Shown here piece after piece: positions 11,741-27,200 of a stretch of DNA of 64,000 nucleotides. Within the stretch, counting starts at the first letter, position 1; every line of letters begins with the position of its first letter. The DNA is from Phoronis australis (lineage: Eukaryota; Animalia; Phoronida). The position numbers and the translations under genes are program-made. The notes under the pieces were generated by a model. The model ran no database searches. It had not been told where the DNA came from and was given only the letters and a program-made list of their open reading frames with translations. Location: NCBI GenBank assembly GCA_002633005.1, contig NMRA01000012.1, positions 186,001-250,000 on the forward strand, in the 5' to 3' direction.

Positions 11741-14700
11741 AAACTATTTTTGTAGACATGGGAATTTAATTTTTTCATGTGAGACATGCAGTGATGTTGC
11801 TGACTTTTAAATGTGTTGTAGTTTTTTATCTGATATATTGGTTCTATTTTCCTGCCAAACCTATCACCAGAAATGGTTGTACACATTTGCTTTTTATTGC
11901 AGCCCTTCAGTCTGCCAATGTTAAAGTTAAACATGTGAGAGTTCTTAGGATTTTTGCGACATCGTACTTAACCTGGATTAGTTACGTCTGCACCAGTCAT
12001 GTACATTTGATGGACACAATTTTTCTATTTTTTTACTAATGTACAAAATCATAAAATCACCATTTTGTAAAAGACCTAAAAATTCAGTTGCAGAAATGTA
12101 TGATAGCCTTGTTATTTGTTGTGGTAGTAAGACAAATTTTAAGACTTAGTTTGTTTTAGATCTTTCTTTTTGTACAGTCAACCCACGTTGCAATGAACCT
12201 TTCTAAAATATTTGTTGTTGTGACTGAAGTTTGAAGTTGTATGTAGATCAGTTGGATTGGGACTTGTCAATTGGCTCGTTTCAATAAGTGAAATAACGTT
12301 ATAAACCAGGCTTGTTGTAACAAGGTTCGACTGTAGGCTGTTTTCGTTGTAGTTGACTCGTTACTCTCTAAGTGGATGTCACCAGTGGCCGGGTGTTAAG
12401 TGTTCTTAATTTCAACCCTGCTCCTTTGGTTTTGATTTGCAAATGATCAGGGTGAAGGTAGACTTTGTAAATCTTGTTATTCAAAATTCTGTGTGGTGTC
12501 CCCTACAGCACACACAATCCTTGTAACAAGACTGCATATTTGCAGCAAGGAAATGTTGAATGTGAGATGATTTGGCAGTTATAACAGAATTAACTCATAT
12601 GCATACAAGCTAGCCAATCACAAAACAGAATTCTTTATGAATATTCATCTATTCCGTTCCTTCAAGTAAGTCAAGAGATTAGCTTACCTCCATGACTAAG
12701 CTAATTTGTTCACTTGAGTGTTCACTGGCTGGGCTTATTTGTTATAAATATTTGCTGAATTTAAGTCTAATAGTGATTTTGTGGTTTCTTTGTTTGGGTC
12801 ACGATTCTTGTACTACTTGATTTTGATAAATATCACAGAATTATTTGCTTAGTGAGAACAGTACAATCTGTTGCCTTTCTGTATTGACTACTTATGTAGT
12901 ATTAAGGAGATGTTTCAGGGATCATTACTGGCACAGACTGTTTTGGTACTATCTTATGCAACTGTTGGTGTACATAATGGTACTACTACTCAGGAACATA
13001 TATAGAATTATTGCAAAATTTATCTTATTGTTGCATTAAGTTTATGTATTTGTGTAACACTTCACTGGCTTGAAGATGGTTTTTGAATATGCGAATGAGA
13101 AAACAAATGTCAGTTTGACTGCCAAGGATTGTGGTTTGTTGTGTATAGCTAAGTAAGTTGAACTCGTGATGTACAATGATATATTGACCGTCTCAAACAT
13201 CTACCCCTATATTCTGTGGTTAGCTCTTAATTTTCACCTATTCACTCCTTTGTAGAATCTGGACCAAATCCAGTTTTAGGACTAAATTTCACGTTGGGCA
13301 CAGTTCATCAGCACTGTTCACACATGTTGAAGTTGATGGGAAGGTGTGATGAATATCGCTGAACAAATACAAAGATGGACAAATACAATGAAAGCTTGAA
13401 AATGATGGTTGGTTGTTTTGTTTGCGTTCTATTGGTGGGTTGTTTAAAGGCCAGTCAGTTGGGATCATTGGCTTCTTCCTGGGATCCAGGGTTGCGTGGT
13501 GTGCTGGCAGTGTAGTCATACAGTACTAGACTGTCCAGTAGGACCTAATTACTCTGAGAATATAACATAATTACTAGTTACTGAGATAATGTCTAAGTTA
13601 TTTCCAAACAATGACTTGCACACGAAATTGTTTGGCTTAACCTTTTTTCAGCAATTGTAAAGACCAAATTTCCGTGTTAAGTCCAGTCACTTTCGCGAAA
13701 CAGCCTCTAGGTCTCCTCAGCTATCGAGTTTAGTGAAGCAGAGCTTGATTATGGAAAAAAGTCAAAACACGTTCTATTTTGATGTTCTTTTATGGTCGAG
13801 TAGTGACTAAGGGTAGTATGAGATCAATAGCATGTTTACCTCGTGTTTTTACATCCAATAACATGTTTGTTGTCTAACCTGATGGTACGGCTGATGAACA
13901 AACACGTCATCTTGATTAGATATGGTTAATTAGTAAGTTAATTGACATCAAATATTAATTATTGTTTGTCATGAAGTGTGTTAGAAGGCTTATGTGTTGG
14001 ATAATGTACTAATGATGCGTGTCTATTCACTGAACTAGGAGACACTCGAACATGTTTCGCCCGGGATGGTTTGTGTAACTTTCACCTCTGCCCCTCAACC
14101 GTTGACTACTGTATCTCTCACATCCATGTCCACATTTGGTCTGTAAATCGCTTTTGTGCATGAGGTCGATTCGCGTGGAATTTTGCATACTAATTTCATG
14201 GTTTTTCACTAAGGAAATTGCATTTCACATTTTTTTTACTTCCCTTCCAACTACGGACGGAGATATCGGCCGTCAAAAGTGAGGACTTGGGACTTTGTTT
14301 TAAAAGGGGTTTGGGGCCTGATATCTATGCTGTTTGAGGATAAATAAAATGAAAGGCAGGATTCACAGGCAGGAAAGTATGAATGTCTCATTAAAACACG
14401 AATTGATTTTTTTTTTAGAAATTCATATTCGGTTTAAGACAAGAATTAAATTAAACATAGGCCTACTTGGTTTGTTACTCTGTACCAAAACTGGGTCAGC
14501 ACTCAATGACTGAAAGCATCTTCCACTGTCAGTAGCTTGTGGGTGGAGATCGTTCACTGAGGGGCGGAGTTTTTGGATTCTCGTGTATTGTCTTTAGTGG
14601 CGGACTAAAGGGAAGTTGCGACTCGGTAGGGTGGAGGGGGCGCGCCGACGGAAAGTGGAACTGCCTTGGGTGGTGTTTATCGTCATTTGGCATTGTCCTC

Positions 14701-15859
14701 TACAAGTACGTATTATGTTAATCTGGATTTGAGTGAGCGGCAGAAGCACGATCGAAGATGAGACCGCGGGCACTTGTCTATTCGTGTCTTGACTTCAGTG
14801 GATGTCAGTGTGTTCATCCATCGCGGATTGTAAATTCTGATGTTATTGATAAAACAAAGGTGCGTTTACACCTGCTTCCGGTGATGTACGAAACAGCAGC
14901 TGGTCCAAGTATAGGGAGTACCTTGAAGATCAATAATCATTTAGGTGTTCCCCTTGCGTTCGAAGTAATAGGACAGACATATCAATTAATTGGTCAAAGT
15001 TATCATTATAACGCCAGGCCAAGCTGAAAGTTGCTGGTTCCCTGTTGCCGATAATCAATTGCTGACAATTGTAGTAAGTGGGCCTTCTCTCATATGAGGG
15101 ACGACAGCACGGTGGCCTGGAGATTCTCTTCTTATTGGGTGGGATTGCCTCCGGCCTTTTAAAATCCGGACAAAGGCATTACCCGGGCAACCGTGCGTGT
15201 ACCTGAGACAATACTGCTATGATAAAAAAACTACCCGATACAATGCGGTAAAATATCACCTGAATTTGGAAGAAAAATAATTGTCAAAATTGACATATTT
15301 CCATTTTTAAATGTTTGTAGCATTATTGTGAGTGTCCATTACTTCTCAGAACATTGGCTGATTCTAGCTATTGTATGGTACAGAACTTCAGAATTATAAA
15401 ACACTTGGCGCGCATTGGCGCACAAAATGCGCGTAGTATAGACGATTCTGCAAACGACATCCATCGTCGGCTGTATACAATATTGGAAGGAGCGGCCGAC
15501 AAAGTGCATCGATGAACAAATTAAGTTGCAGCGGTGAATGAAGAAAATCTGTTTCTTTCCATATTTGTGTAGTGAATGCTTCTCGTTATTTGGACAAAAA
15601 GGACGTAAAGAAAACAACAAGCCAGAGAGTCGTAATGACTTTGAACACATTCACTGGTTGTTTAACATATAATTCTACGTGTACGTAAGATCTAAAAGGA
15701 ATGTTTTATATAGATATGTAATTCATGAAGTGCTGATCAGACCTAAAATGTTTGTGTTATACATAAGTTTTCTTACTTTTGAAGTTTGCTTATGCAGACC
15801 TCGTTTTTTCGTTTATATCAGTTTTATTGACGGTAAGTGATTGAACGTGGTAAGTACAA

Positions 15860-16156
15860 TTTAAATCCGTATTTCACTATGTTTAGCTGGCTAAAAACGA
15901 AAATCAAATTGTATTTGTGACGCTAACAAGATAATTGAAACCATCATCGACTAAAAAAGCTTTAGACTTTATTGGGGTTGGCCAACTCTAAAGTTGCGTA
16001 GAGTGCATGTATGCAAGGACTATGACTTGAGTTGGTAACGGAATTGAAATCTTATCCTGGTAAGGAATATTATGAGATCAATTTTATGGAAATAAAAGGT
16101 CTAATTCGATTTTCGTTTTTTTTTAGCTAAACATGGCGAAATGGCAGCTTTAAATT
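15860..16156. mobile_element. TTAA-bounded MITE with degenerate TIRs of about 50 bp
   Basis: tttaaatccgtatttcactatgtttagct...aaaacgaaaatc mirrors gattttcgtttt...agctaaacatggcgaaatggcagctttaaa. Confidence 0.55.
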
Positions 16157-19100
16157 AGAGTTAAAAGCATGCAGCACGGTACCTAGCTAATGTCTCTGTG
16201 CGAAGTAAGTGAACCCGTTTTTTTCATCAAAAAGTGGACTCAAAACTTCATTTTAATGCCTGATATAACCTGTTATTATCTCAAGCTGTTCGGTATCGTG
16301 GTACTTGACTACTATATTTAACCAGAAGTGGGCGATTACTCCAAGGATTCACGTCATTTCGTTGTCATAGTGATATGTGAACTCTTATTTCAGTCTACAA
16401 ACGCACCTTTTAAAGGGTTTATTGAATAAACCTTGATTGATTTTATTCGACTTTTGACCTGCACAGGAAATGGAAAACAAATTTGTTGACTGGCAAAACA
16501 GAATTATGTTCAGGAAGATTTTCATTTGTTTTAGCGGAATAACTACTTTTTTTCTTGCTAAAAAGCGACATATTGCTAAAAATTTTGTCATTCGTTATTT
16601 TTGATTTGTGTGGTTCGAATCGTTTTGAATTGAAATTTTCAAATCTGGTTTATCTTGTTTTAACAATTCCTAATATTAACATATTATAATTAGCTACATT
16701 TTAATGAATGACCACTAGGCAATATTTTATCTACCAGATGTCGTGCGTTTTCATTCACTAAAACCATCAATGGTGAGTTATTGAACACACAGTAAACGCG
16801 ATCTGATAGTCACCTGTCGCTTCCCACAACATCAGGCCACTTCACTTATCGCCAAACATGGGCTACCAAACAATACGGAATCAACCACTACAAAGAGAAA
16901 TTTAAAGTATTAATTAAAAAATATTCATCACGGTCGTTTCGATAATCACAAAATCATAACCAATTCCACAAGGAAACAAAATACAAGTATTTCCATTATC
17001 TAAGTTGAGAACTCTCAGCGGAGCCGCCCCCTCATTTGGCAATCACAAAACGTGAATTGTGAGCTGTATATTTGAATTATCTTTTAGACACTTGTGTTTA
17101 CTGAATAGTCATTAAGTCGGAAAGTCGACAATGTACTGAGTTCTTTGTTTTATTTGTTCTCGAAATAAGTCCATGGGTGCACTGGTAGCCACCAAAGACA
17201 TGACGCTGTGACTGTACTATACAATACTTGTCTTCTGAGTTGCAACCATTTAGAATGAAAATTTTAATGTTGAAAAACTATGTAAACAAACTGCGGATGA
17301 CAATTGTTAGTCAAAGCTTCTCGATTCGCCGATAGGCTGTTTTAAAGATACCCGTTAGTAAGCTCCAAAACATATAAGCGTTTAGGCCTGTGCCCCAATA
17401 AGTGAAGCTGCGCCTATCTCCAGAAGTAGGTGCACTCCACCTATATTTGAATAATTTAAGTAAAACCGAGGAGCACATTTTGTAAGAGATGCGTGTGAAA
17501 CTTATTTTAACACTAATAGACAAAATGTTTAGTTTAAGACATGCAGATGTGTGGACGGTGTAGCCGCTTGGGTCTTTAGGTGAAGCTTAGGCGCATTTGT
17601 GTAATGTTTGAAACACATTAGTATTTTCCTTTGAAAAATGCATTTTTTCGGATATTGACGAATAGAAATGCATAACAAAAACGTTGTAGAGAGAAAAACC
17701 CACGTACACATGTTGATATTGTTTTACCGTGTGTTCGCCTATTTAAGCCTATGTACCTCTATCCAAAGTGGTGCACATGTAGGCTCATGCGCCTACGTTT
17801 CCGTAATGTTCGTATAAGGGTGAACTTTGTACAGGCACGTGTCTTGCCGCGCATACATATTAAGTACACTCAATGCCCTCAACATAACCACATGTCTATT
17901 GTAAATTTCAGTGTTCAGTGCGCTTGTTAGCATATATTATCCACGAGAAAAAGAGTGTTTAGTTATGAAACTGGCACAGGTATGCATACAACATTAAACA
18001 GAAGGAAGTGTAGGACATTATGAAAATTACATAAGGTAGAATATTTCTATAGATTTGTCTAACCACACAGAAATATTACAAACTTCCTTTTGTCATCAAA
18101 ATCTTCCCATCCATTTTCATCAACTTGGTCAGTGAAAATCATTATTCCGCAAGAGAACACCGAGGACTTATCCATATCCATCAATTGTTACATCTACTTT
18201 CGGAAAAGCACAATCTATGCGAACGAACCAAAGACCGGTGGGGTTGACTGACAGTCAGTGGACCAGAAGTTACAGATGGCGTGCTGCTATCGAGCGATGA
18301 TGAGATAGACGTCTGTTTCCATGTCTGTCATTCGCTAGAATCTTCACTTCATTCCACGAGCCAAATAATTGAGCGTAATTTAGAAAAAATGGATTGCGCC
18401 AATGTCCTGACCATCACTTTTTAGCATGGTTTTACTCAAATGATACACTATATGCACATGTGCCTAATTCCAGCTTCGAACATAAGTTCACTGTCTCTTA
18501 CTATCATTTTCTGGAAACCAAATCTACAATTCACTGGCTTCAAAAATAAGTCCATGGGCCTTTTGTATACATGTCCTTGGGTTTATATACAGTCTCGAGT
18601 CAATACAATATCACGGCTATAACAGCTACCTTTTCTAGAATCAGCTTTGTTTCCATTTATAATTGGCGAAAAATGAAAAATTGTGAATACAAAAAATGCT
18701 TACAAATCTGCTCACCCCTGGTCCTCATGATGAAGACTGGACGTCCTGGGGATAGACATAGACGTTTATTCTTCACGCGTTTCATTCTATTTCAGCCATT
18801 GTGACTTATTTTCGCCAATGCACCTGTATCAAATAATTTTTTTACTAAATCGTTTCCGTGTATGCGTCTGCGCCTAAGTTTCATTTACAGGTGCAGACAG
18901 TTATGTTCCTTGTGTATCTGCGCGTCTTTAATAGGGGTTATTCGTGTGTTTTTATCTTTTCTACAAACTTCATGAAATTGTTATTCGTGTGTTTTACCCC
19001 CTGCTTATTAGCACTTTCCAGATTGCGTCAAAACAGATTTTGCATTTCGCAAGACGCCTAAGATAAGGAATACACAAAGGGATGTAGCCTACAGTCAATT

Positions 19101-20659
19101 TCTACAATTCGGAATATTGAGATTTGACAGTTTGACGCCAAAATTGTTTGTCCTCAACAAAATGTCCGCCATGTTAGACTCGGGATTGCGCACGCAACTA
19201 GTTAAACATGTGTTGGTGAACAATATTCCATATTTCCATCGATTTTTGCTTGAGCGTATGTTATTTAACCTGCGCGTTTCCCCTCAAGGTGTTATGGCGA
19301 TAATAAAAGCAACGGGCGTGCAGTGAATTACAATCTGCGATTAAAAGGTTAAAACGATCTGTTTACATGTTTATTGACATGTTTTGATTGGTCTGATAGT
19401 TTTATGAAATGCCCATTGATTTTTGTTTTTGATTTATTTATTTCGTATAATTCATGCCCAACGGACTAAATGTGTGTCCTAAAGTTGACGTGACAAATTC
19501 TAAGGCTAGTGCGTTTCCCAAGCGCAAACTTTACTTCAGCAATCATATTTGACCTGGTGTCACAACATATTTTGCTCAGTAAACCGATGGAAGTATTTTA
19601 TGGTGCATCAAAACTTCGTTTCGTTGACAAAAAAAGTTTTGCCAATTTTGTTTACCATAGTGACCTGCGTCGAAAACCAAACCAAACCCGCTGAAATTAG
19701 CGACTTGAAATTTTTAACAACTACGTCAAAAACGCTGAGCGGTAACTGCAGTGACAATGCGGTGAACTAGCTTGTGTTTGATCTCCCAGCGACTTTATGT
19801 GGGGGTGTTCAACCAGCAGATCAACATGTAGCCCGATCTATTATTTTTATCGTCGAACCTATACTGCGCAGCATTAATTTACATAAAATCTACGGGCGCA
19901 GTTTCCAAAGTTCATGTCTACAGGACTGTTTCATTTTGTTGTAGCGTTACCTCTGGTATCGTGTGACTTTGCAACTTGAAAGCCCCATTGATCAAGTGCA
20001 TATTTTTTGTTCTATAAACGCTCCCGGGCCTAAATAAACACAAGTACATCTTACTAATTTGCTCATAGTTTGAACTCGAACTTCAATTTCTTATTACCTG
20101 ATTATGGGTAGGCTTAGGTTATTTGGGGAACTCTTGTGTTACTATAATTATGTCACATTTACATGCTTTCTGAGAACAAACTTAAGTTTTGATGTTGCTA
20201 CTCCCCGTTACGAAAATACTTTTAAATTGTTTCTTAACCAAAATAAGTGCGATTTCTTGGCTTGGAAAGAACTGACGATTTGTTATTTGTCCAGACCAAG
20301 CTCACTTATAGTGACTTGACATTTTATTAGCTTCGTCTGAACAAAAACAACAAGTTCTCGACCCCAGAGATAAGTCCTTAAACCGCCGGAGTAAGTAATA
20401 CGATAAGACCAATTTTATAATGGTAAGATACCTATATCAAAACTTGTTTATTTGACAGACAACACGCTTTCATTGATTAAGGTGCAATCTTTCATAAACA
20501 TGACATGAGCATTCCTTGCACCGAGACGACGTAAATTTAAAACGTTGTCAAGATTGGGTTATGAAGCTATGTAAGCAAATGAGCTGATGACTGCGCTGAA
20601 TATTCAGACAGACACTGTCAGTTATAATGCTTCCGGGGATTTGAACTACTTGTCCAACG

Positions 20660-20880
20660 TGACGTCATGGCGCAGTGGCATCAAGCACGAGAAATTCTTT
20701 TTGCATCGTCACTCTTCAATCAAACATGTTTCAGATGCTATTCCCGTACACGCGGCAACCCTCACGCAACCGATCACGGGGATCTTCGTCAGGCAGCACA
20801 CTCGCTGCTGGGTATTCCGCCCGCCGGGTTCCGCGCCGACACACGAAATATAAACCGGTAGTTATTCGAGCCTCTTTCTA
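20660..20880 (+). promoter_or_regulatory. Candidate Tob promoter: full CRE TGACGTCA (20660-20667), GC box (20817-20822), TATAAA (20849-20854); alternative TATA at 21041
   Basis: locally GC- and CpG-rich segment with these motifs in promoter order, upstream of a consensus GTAAGT donor at 21205. Confidence 0.5.
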
Positions 20881-21204
20881 TAGGGCTATCTAAATTATAA
20901 TGAAACACGTTAAATAAAGTTAAACTATACGAAATTATTAACCTTGGGACAAAAATTCTGTGTTAAACGAACAAAATTTAGACAGCATCTGCTTCAGCTG
21001 TGCTGAATGTACGCGCATGAATATATTGGAAGTAGTCCGGTATATAAATATCAGTACGACCAGCTGTTCAGGCATAACAAGCGAAGACCCAAGTAGAAGC
21101 GTGTACATAAAAAGCCAGATATTTTTATATTTTTGTATTCAACCAATATTCATGGAACTAGTGCGCGGCACACAGTGTTTACCGTGAATTCAAGAAGTGG
21201 TTAA
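20880..21204 (+). other. Putative non-coding first exon of Tob; intron 21205-29746
   Basis: donor aa|gtaagt at 21205; acceptor ttttgactcgtttcag| at 29746, 115 nt before the Tob ATG; the start site is uncertain. Confidence 0.4.
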
Positions 21205-24200
21205 GTAAGTATCTTTCAGTTATATTCATGAGATCAGTAGTGTCATGATGACTGAGATATCACGTTGTCGGTGAAATCAGCTGATCAACCGAACCTTAGC
21301 ACCAGCACTCTCGTGTCAGTCGTAAACAACCATATGGTGAAAATAAAGCGGTCGTTGCTTAGGTTTACCATCGCATATTTCAATCTAAAGTTTGAAGTCG
21401 ATAGTTGGTTAATATTATTTATTGTTACTAGATAAACAATTTCATTAAAAATATTCAGTTGCTACTTTGTTGGGCCATTTCTATCCTGTGACCGAACATT
21501 CTTTGGCTTTTAAGATCTGGTATTGATAAAATCAAAGGTATACACATGAATGGGTACGCAGAAAACCAAATAGGTACACCTAGCTTAGATGTGTTGCAAA
21601 ACAACCCTATCAGTTTCATCTACGTTTGCATCTTAGTTTGTGCTGTTTGGAATTTTAGCCAAAGTTAGATACCAAGCGAACAAGACATGTTGCACAAACC
21701 GCTCGATACACTAGCGTAAGCAGACGACTTAAGTGGTGTTTTGATTTTGTTTTTAGGCTGACCTTGCGCAATTCGAGTAGACTCTCATACAGGAAAATGA
21801 CATTCAGTAGTGGCATTTTGTGTTTTCAAATGCTTACTGCAAAGCTTAAGGTTGCAGATTCCGTGGTCCACTTTGTGGGACATTGTATCTTCGTGTCTCG
21901 AAACTAAAAACAAACTGCTTTTAGTTGATTGTAATTCAATTATTGAAGAATTGCAATCTAAAAAAGGCTATAATTTCTGTTTGTGACAATCAGATTTTGA
22001 CGGCGTGTTGGTCGATATAGATTACGTCATTGACGAACTGTTAATGTTTTTGTCGATGAATCTAAGAATAACTTCTCTACAAATCGATCTTGAGTGTGCC
22101 CACGTAGACCTATATATTGTATAGATGCCGCCTCGCGAAATTAGTTTTGTCTTCTCCATCATCATCAAAATGATTGATTGTGTGTAAAACTCGTTTTCTT
22201 AAACCATAACATCCTGAAAGAACCTGAAAGTCGCAATACATCATACGAAGTGCAGTACTCTCGCGGTTCTCGGTATTGATCGTTGGCGAGATGGACCGGC
22301 GGTTCTGATGCAGGTAATTTCCATGGCAGCTGATGTTCAGAACAGGATTAGTGCGAGAATAACATACACTGGACGAGATACTCAATATTTTTCATCCTTC
22401 AGATATTTTCTAGCATATCGCGTTCACACGCGTAAGTTCTTCGTTATCAACACAACTGTAACACAGACTCGGTACGTGTTACACAAGAAATTGGCTACAG
22501 TTCTTGCTATGAATTTGCCAAAAAGCTCAAGAGTTATAAAATCGGAGAAAGCTATATTATGTACTCGCTCCTGATCAAGGTCGATTTTTAACAATTTTAC
22601 AGGCGACAGTATCAAGGGCATACAAGCGATGACAACAAATCGTTAAAACCCCATTTATGTCAGCGAATAAAAAATAAGTACATACGAAACGATCGGATAA
22701 ATTTGAAAACGAGTTGACGCTGTACAACACAAAACAAGTAGGCTGTCAACTCTCCATTGTATATGAGTATCCGCTGTAACGCACCCTGCGATTACACAGC
22801 TTGCAATCGAAGGTATTATATTGACCATGCGATTAACATTCTGACTAAAACACTGCCTATAAATATTAGATTGTGTTTCGACAGTCACACGTCGATTTTG
22901 TTTTCGAGACAACACATAAACAGTACAGATACTATAGACAAAATATTGTTGGGGTACAAGTTTAGACGTGAAATGTCGACTTATATACGACCGTCACGAC
23001 TGACACGCTTGTGGACAAAAGAAACGGAAAAAATCGTGACACCCATACCCGGTCTTTTACGAAAAAAGGATGGTTTTAAAATTATTTTTGTTTTGTTTAC
23101 ATCAACATTATAGATATCTGACCCAATTGCCATTTACTCAAGAAGATTTCACACTAAAGGCTGTTTTTCGGTTCAGTAGTTTCCTTGTGCACTGTTCAAT
23201 TCGCTTGTTCGTGACAAAGAGTGGATAGCATAGCTCGAAGCGCGCCCGGATCCTTTGTTTGTATCTTTTCAGAGTACCTTTAATTCTGATAGTTCGAGCT
23301 GACGACATTTGTATTATTGCACGATCGAACTACGCAAATCAGTTCATTAGAGCTGAAATTGTATAAAAATTTTGTAGATGTATTTAATGTTACACAGATA
23401 TCAATGCTAAATGTGCCATTTGACGAGTGCAAAGAAATGGAAATATGCAAGTTTTCACACTGAAAGCAGAACCCTGGTTTCACAAATTTATGCCATTTTT
23501 CACATTCTCCGTCGGTTTTGAACACTCTGAAAGTAATGGGGTTAGTTCAGTTGCTTGGTATAATAAATTGGCTAAAACAAGGCATTCAGTACGAGCTCTT
23601 CAGAACTGTGAAACGACCTTCTAATACTATATTACAATAACATTACGAAATAGAGTTACACCAAGGAAAGACTCGAAGGTACGTTATATCACATCAAAAT
23701 TGTGACATCACGGCTCGTCACGAGACCGTGGTGCAACAATGTCGACATCACACGGGACAGAGATACGGCAGACAAAGTTCAGTAGTCAACATGGAGAAAC
23801 ATGCAGATCCTTATCACTTTTGATTACAATCCACTCGAGTTGACACGGTTACCGACCGCTACCGCGTTATTATATTGTAGGTCATTGAAAGAGGACATAA
23901 ACTCTGCGGGTCCCTCGGGGTCCCCTGGTCAATTTCGGGCGACATATTGTCTCTAGAACTATAAAAATAGCAGATAGTTAGTGCTAATCTACAAGACCCA
24001 TTGCGACTCCAATATTGGTGTCGGCTTTTACGTGGTAGTAGCATTTGAATTTTTATTTGCAAATGAAACATGAGTACTACAAAATTTGGGGCCCTTTCAT
24101 AACTGAATTTTGACAGCAGTGTCATTTAACCCCACTGGAATGTGGACTTACTCTACCACCGTCATTTCAGAATGATGGTTCGAAACACTTTATTTTTCTT

Positions 24201-27200
24201 CGCGAGTTGATGCATCTTATTGTGCTACAGGCAATAAGACCTGGATGGGTCCAGGAATTGGGCCCACGGTCTAATCCCTGGACTCGAATCAGACCCAGAC
24301 TCTAAAACATAACCAATCACAACGCGTGATGCCAGTAGAAATTTATAAGATTACTCGAAGAACGTCATACAACGTGGTTGAGTTTCGAGTACATAGATTT
24401 TACCTCGGGCCCTAAAGTTGATACACAACACTTGTTGTCTCTTTCTTCACGAAAAAGCTAATTCACTGCTCGAAATGCAGCCATTACAGTTTATTGAATT
24501 CATCAGCTCAACACTGCCCTGTCAGCGCGTCTGTATTAGACAAAAACAATAATACTTCGTGCGAAGGTTTCTCAATCAATCTCGCACTTTTAATATTCCT
24601 CAGTAAAACGGCAGATATCGCAAACCTAATCACAAACGACTATTGATTCGTAGTGGTAATTACGCTTCATAACAACCTACGTGGGTTAATGCCCATCGAA
24701 CAGTTGGATTCTGTTCAAAGCAGCACGCATCGTTGTTTTACCCGATTTGTTGGGTTGCTATTTCTGGGAATGTCGAACGTTAACCAGAAATAGTTACGAA
24801 AGAAATTCTGGGCAATAAACTGTCGGCAACTAGCCCAAAGTCCTAACCGCGTCTTCAGTCCCGTTACTTAGACCATTCGAGCCTCCGCGTATAGTTGGAA
24901 CCGGCACATTTCCACCACAACCATACGAGCCGAAAACTGCCCTTACAAGGAAATAGTACCTTGCCTTTACAAAAAAGAACAACTGTTTATGATTTACTGG
25001 CCTGAATTTGAGTTGCGTATTCTTGTCTCATACATTTCAGCTTGTCAATTTTGATTTAATGCACAAAGCCAACAATGATATTGTAGTCACAAGTTTGTTA
25101 TCTTCAAATCTACAGTAAGTATAACCATTGCTGATATCGTCTATTTTTATCGCTTATTGCTCAAAATAACTTAAATGCGTCTGTTCGAATTTCGAATTAA
25201 GCAAACGAGTTCGTATGAATAGGGGAGAGTAACGCGGGTAAGTTGTATCAGTCATCATACCCCCCAAACTTGCACCGTCTAACGTCTTAAACTTTTATCC
25301 ACTTATGCCCGGTGATTTCTTAGCCTCCCCGGAAAATAGGGAAGCCTACAGCTGTTAGTATTTTGTTTTAATTACCAAGTAAACTTAAAGCAGCTATAAA
25401 CAACCGGCCGTTCCGTCCAAGAAGTAAACTTTTGATATAGACTACTTATCTCTATGAAGTTGGCCTAAACTTGTTCCTTGCTAAGATGAGAATTGGTTTA
25501 TGAGTGTGCAAAGACCTGACAGTTTGTTTTTCATTGAGACCATGCCCCACGCATAAAATGATACGCCGTGATAAGCCAATTCATTGAGGATGAGTTCAAG
25601 CAATAACCAAATGACAATTAATTTATTACCATACTCACTGAACATAAGAGCAAAGAGCTGAGCTCTCCCTCAAAAGAACTATAACTGAGGTGACAGCTCA
25701 CGCCAAGGCGACACTAACGGTCACTTCACTGCCGTACTTTCACCCCTCAGTGTTGACTGTCTTGTCGTTGACACGAGGCAGATAGGTCGACTCGTGTCTC
25801 TCCGTGTGCGACGTCCCTAAGAACTCAGACTAATTGTTTTACAAAGTGCTGCGACTTAAAAAAAGCGTGTTACAGTCCCATGGTGTTACAGTACGCTCTT
25901 ACGGAATGTTACAATGAAACGCACACATGGGGTATGTTGTAGCATCCTACACGCCACTTCGGAAACTCCTTGCAACAGGCAAGCATGATGTGAAAATACG
26001 ACCATACCTTCTTGCAGACATTTCTAGCTGATAAATGTATGACCTATATCAATGTCATGCAACAACACGTTAAAAATGATGTCTTTGTTGGCTTAATGTC
26101 TCGCCGTTTTTTGTGTTAAATTTGGTATCGCAACCTAAGGCTAATTAATGACTGGGCTTAATGTTATTGAATCACGGAAAGATGGATGGTACTGTCTCAG
26201 TCATCTTACTTTCATGCCACGCTGTACCAGTAGCATTACCAAAATATCTAGGTGGTATTTGTATTTGTGGGCTAACCTACAGTTTACGTTGCTTCCGCCT
26301 AATTACCTAGCTCACCTTTTCACATGTATTCTAAGACCATCTCCTTAGTTACAACTAAAGGATGAATAGAGTTAGTTGGCACGATGTCTCCCTGTTTATG
26401 AGGAAAAATCGTCAAACGCATTTTGTTACAATAGGGTAGCGCATGAATAAAAACGGTGCCGACTTTGTGTTGTTTGTTCTGAGCGCCAACTCACTTGAGA
26501 AAACTTGGTTCTTGTTTGTATACATGTAGTTCCGTCTGGCAAGTTTCTCGATCAGTTATTTCCATAATCTTAACTAATTAGTGAATCAGTGAAAGCCTGG
26601 GGCAAGATGAAGAATATCCATTCATCGAATCTGGAAATTTGCAAACTTGCGTTCAGCTTCAAAATTCATCCCCAGAGCCGTTTATTGGCTGAATGACAAT
26701 GTCCAGGTCTCAAAATGCAAATACCCTTCAAAGTGCCAGTAATTGACTGCCCCGCAATAGTATTATCGGAGGTACTGCGTGCGTTTTTCTCACACTAGGA
26801 GTCGTTGCTTGTTTCGTTATTGATTGCATGCACAAAACTCACATGCACTTTACGCATATGATAAACCACTGATCCGCCCACAGAACGATCAGAAACTTAT
26901 TTCCTTGTTAGACACAAGACGCGTGCAAAGAAAATCATCTCATTTCTCCTAAATGTCGTCTGTGGAGCTACAGTAGCTGTGACTGAGATCAGTGTGTGCG
27001 GAATGTACTTTTCAAGTGAAAATGAAATAACCAGTACTTCTCCAGGTGTTGAAAATAACACCCGTTGATTCTCTTCGGGGAGTTTCGTTTTCATAACCAT
27101 GGCCAATGGACTGCAACAGTGAAGCAGTTTTCAATTGCGAAGTGTACTTTCTCGGGAGTTTTTCGATTAGACCAGTGTGCGTTAAGCCTTCCAAATGATT

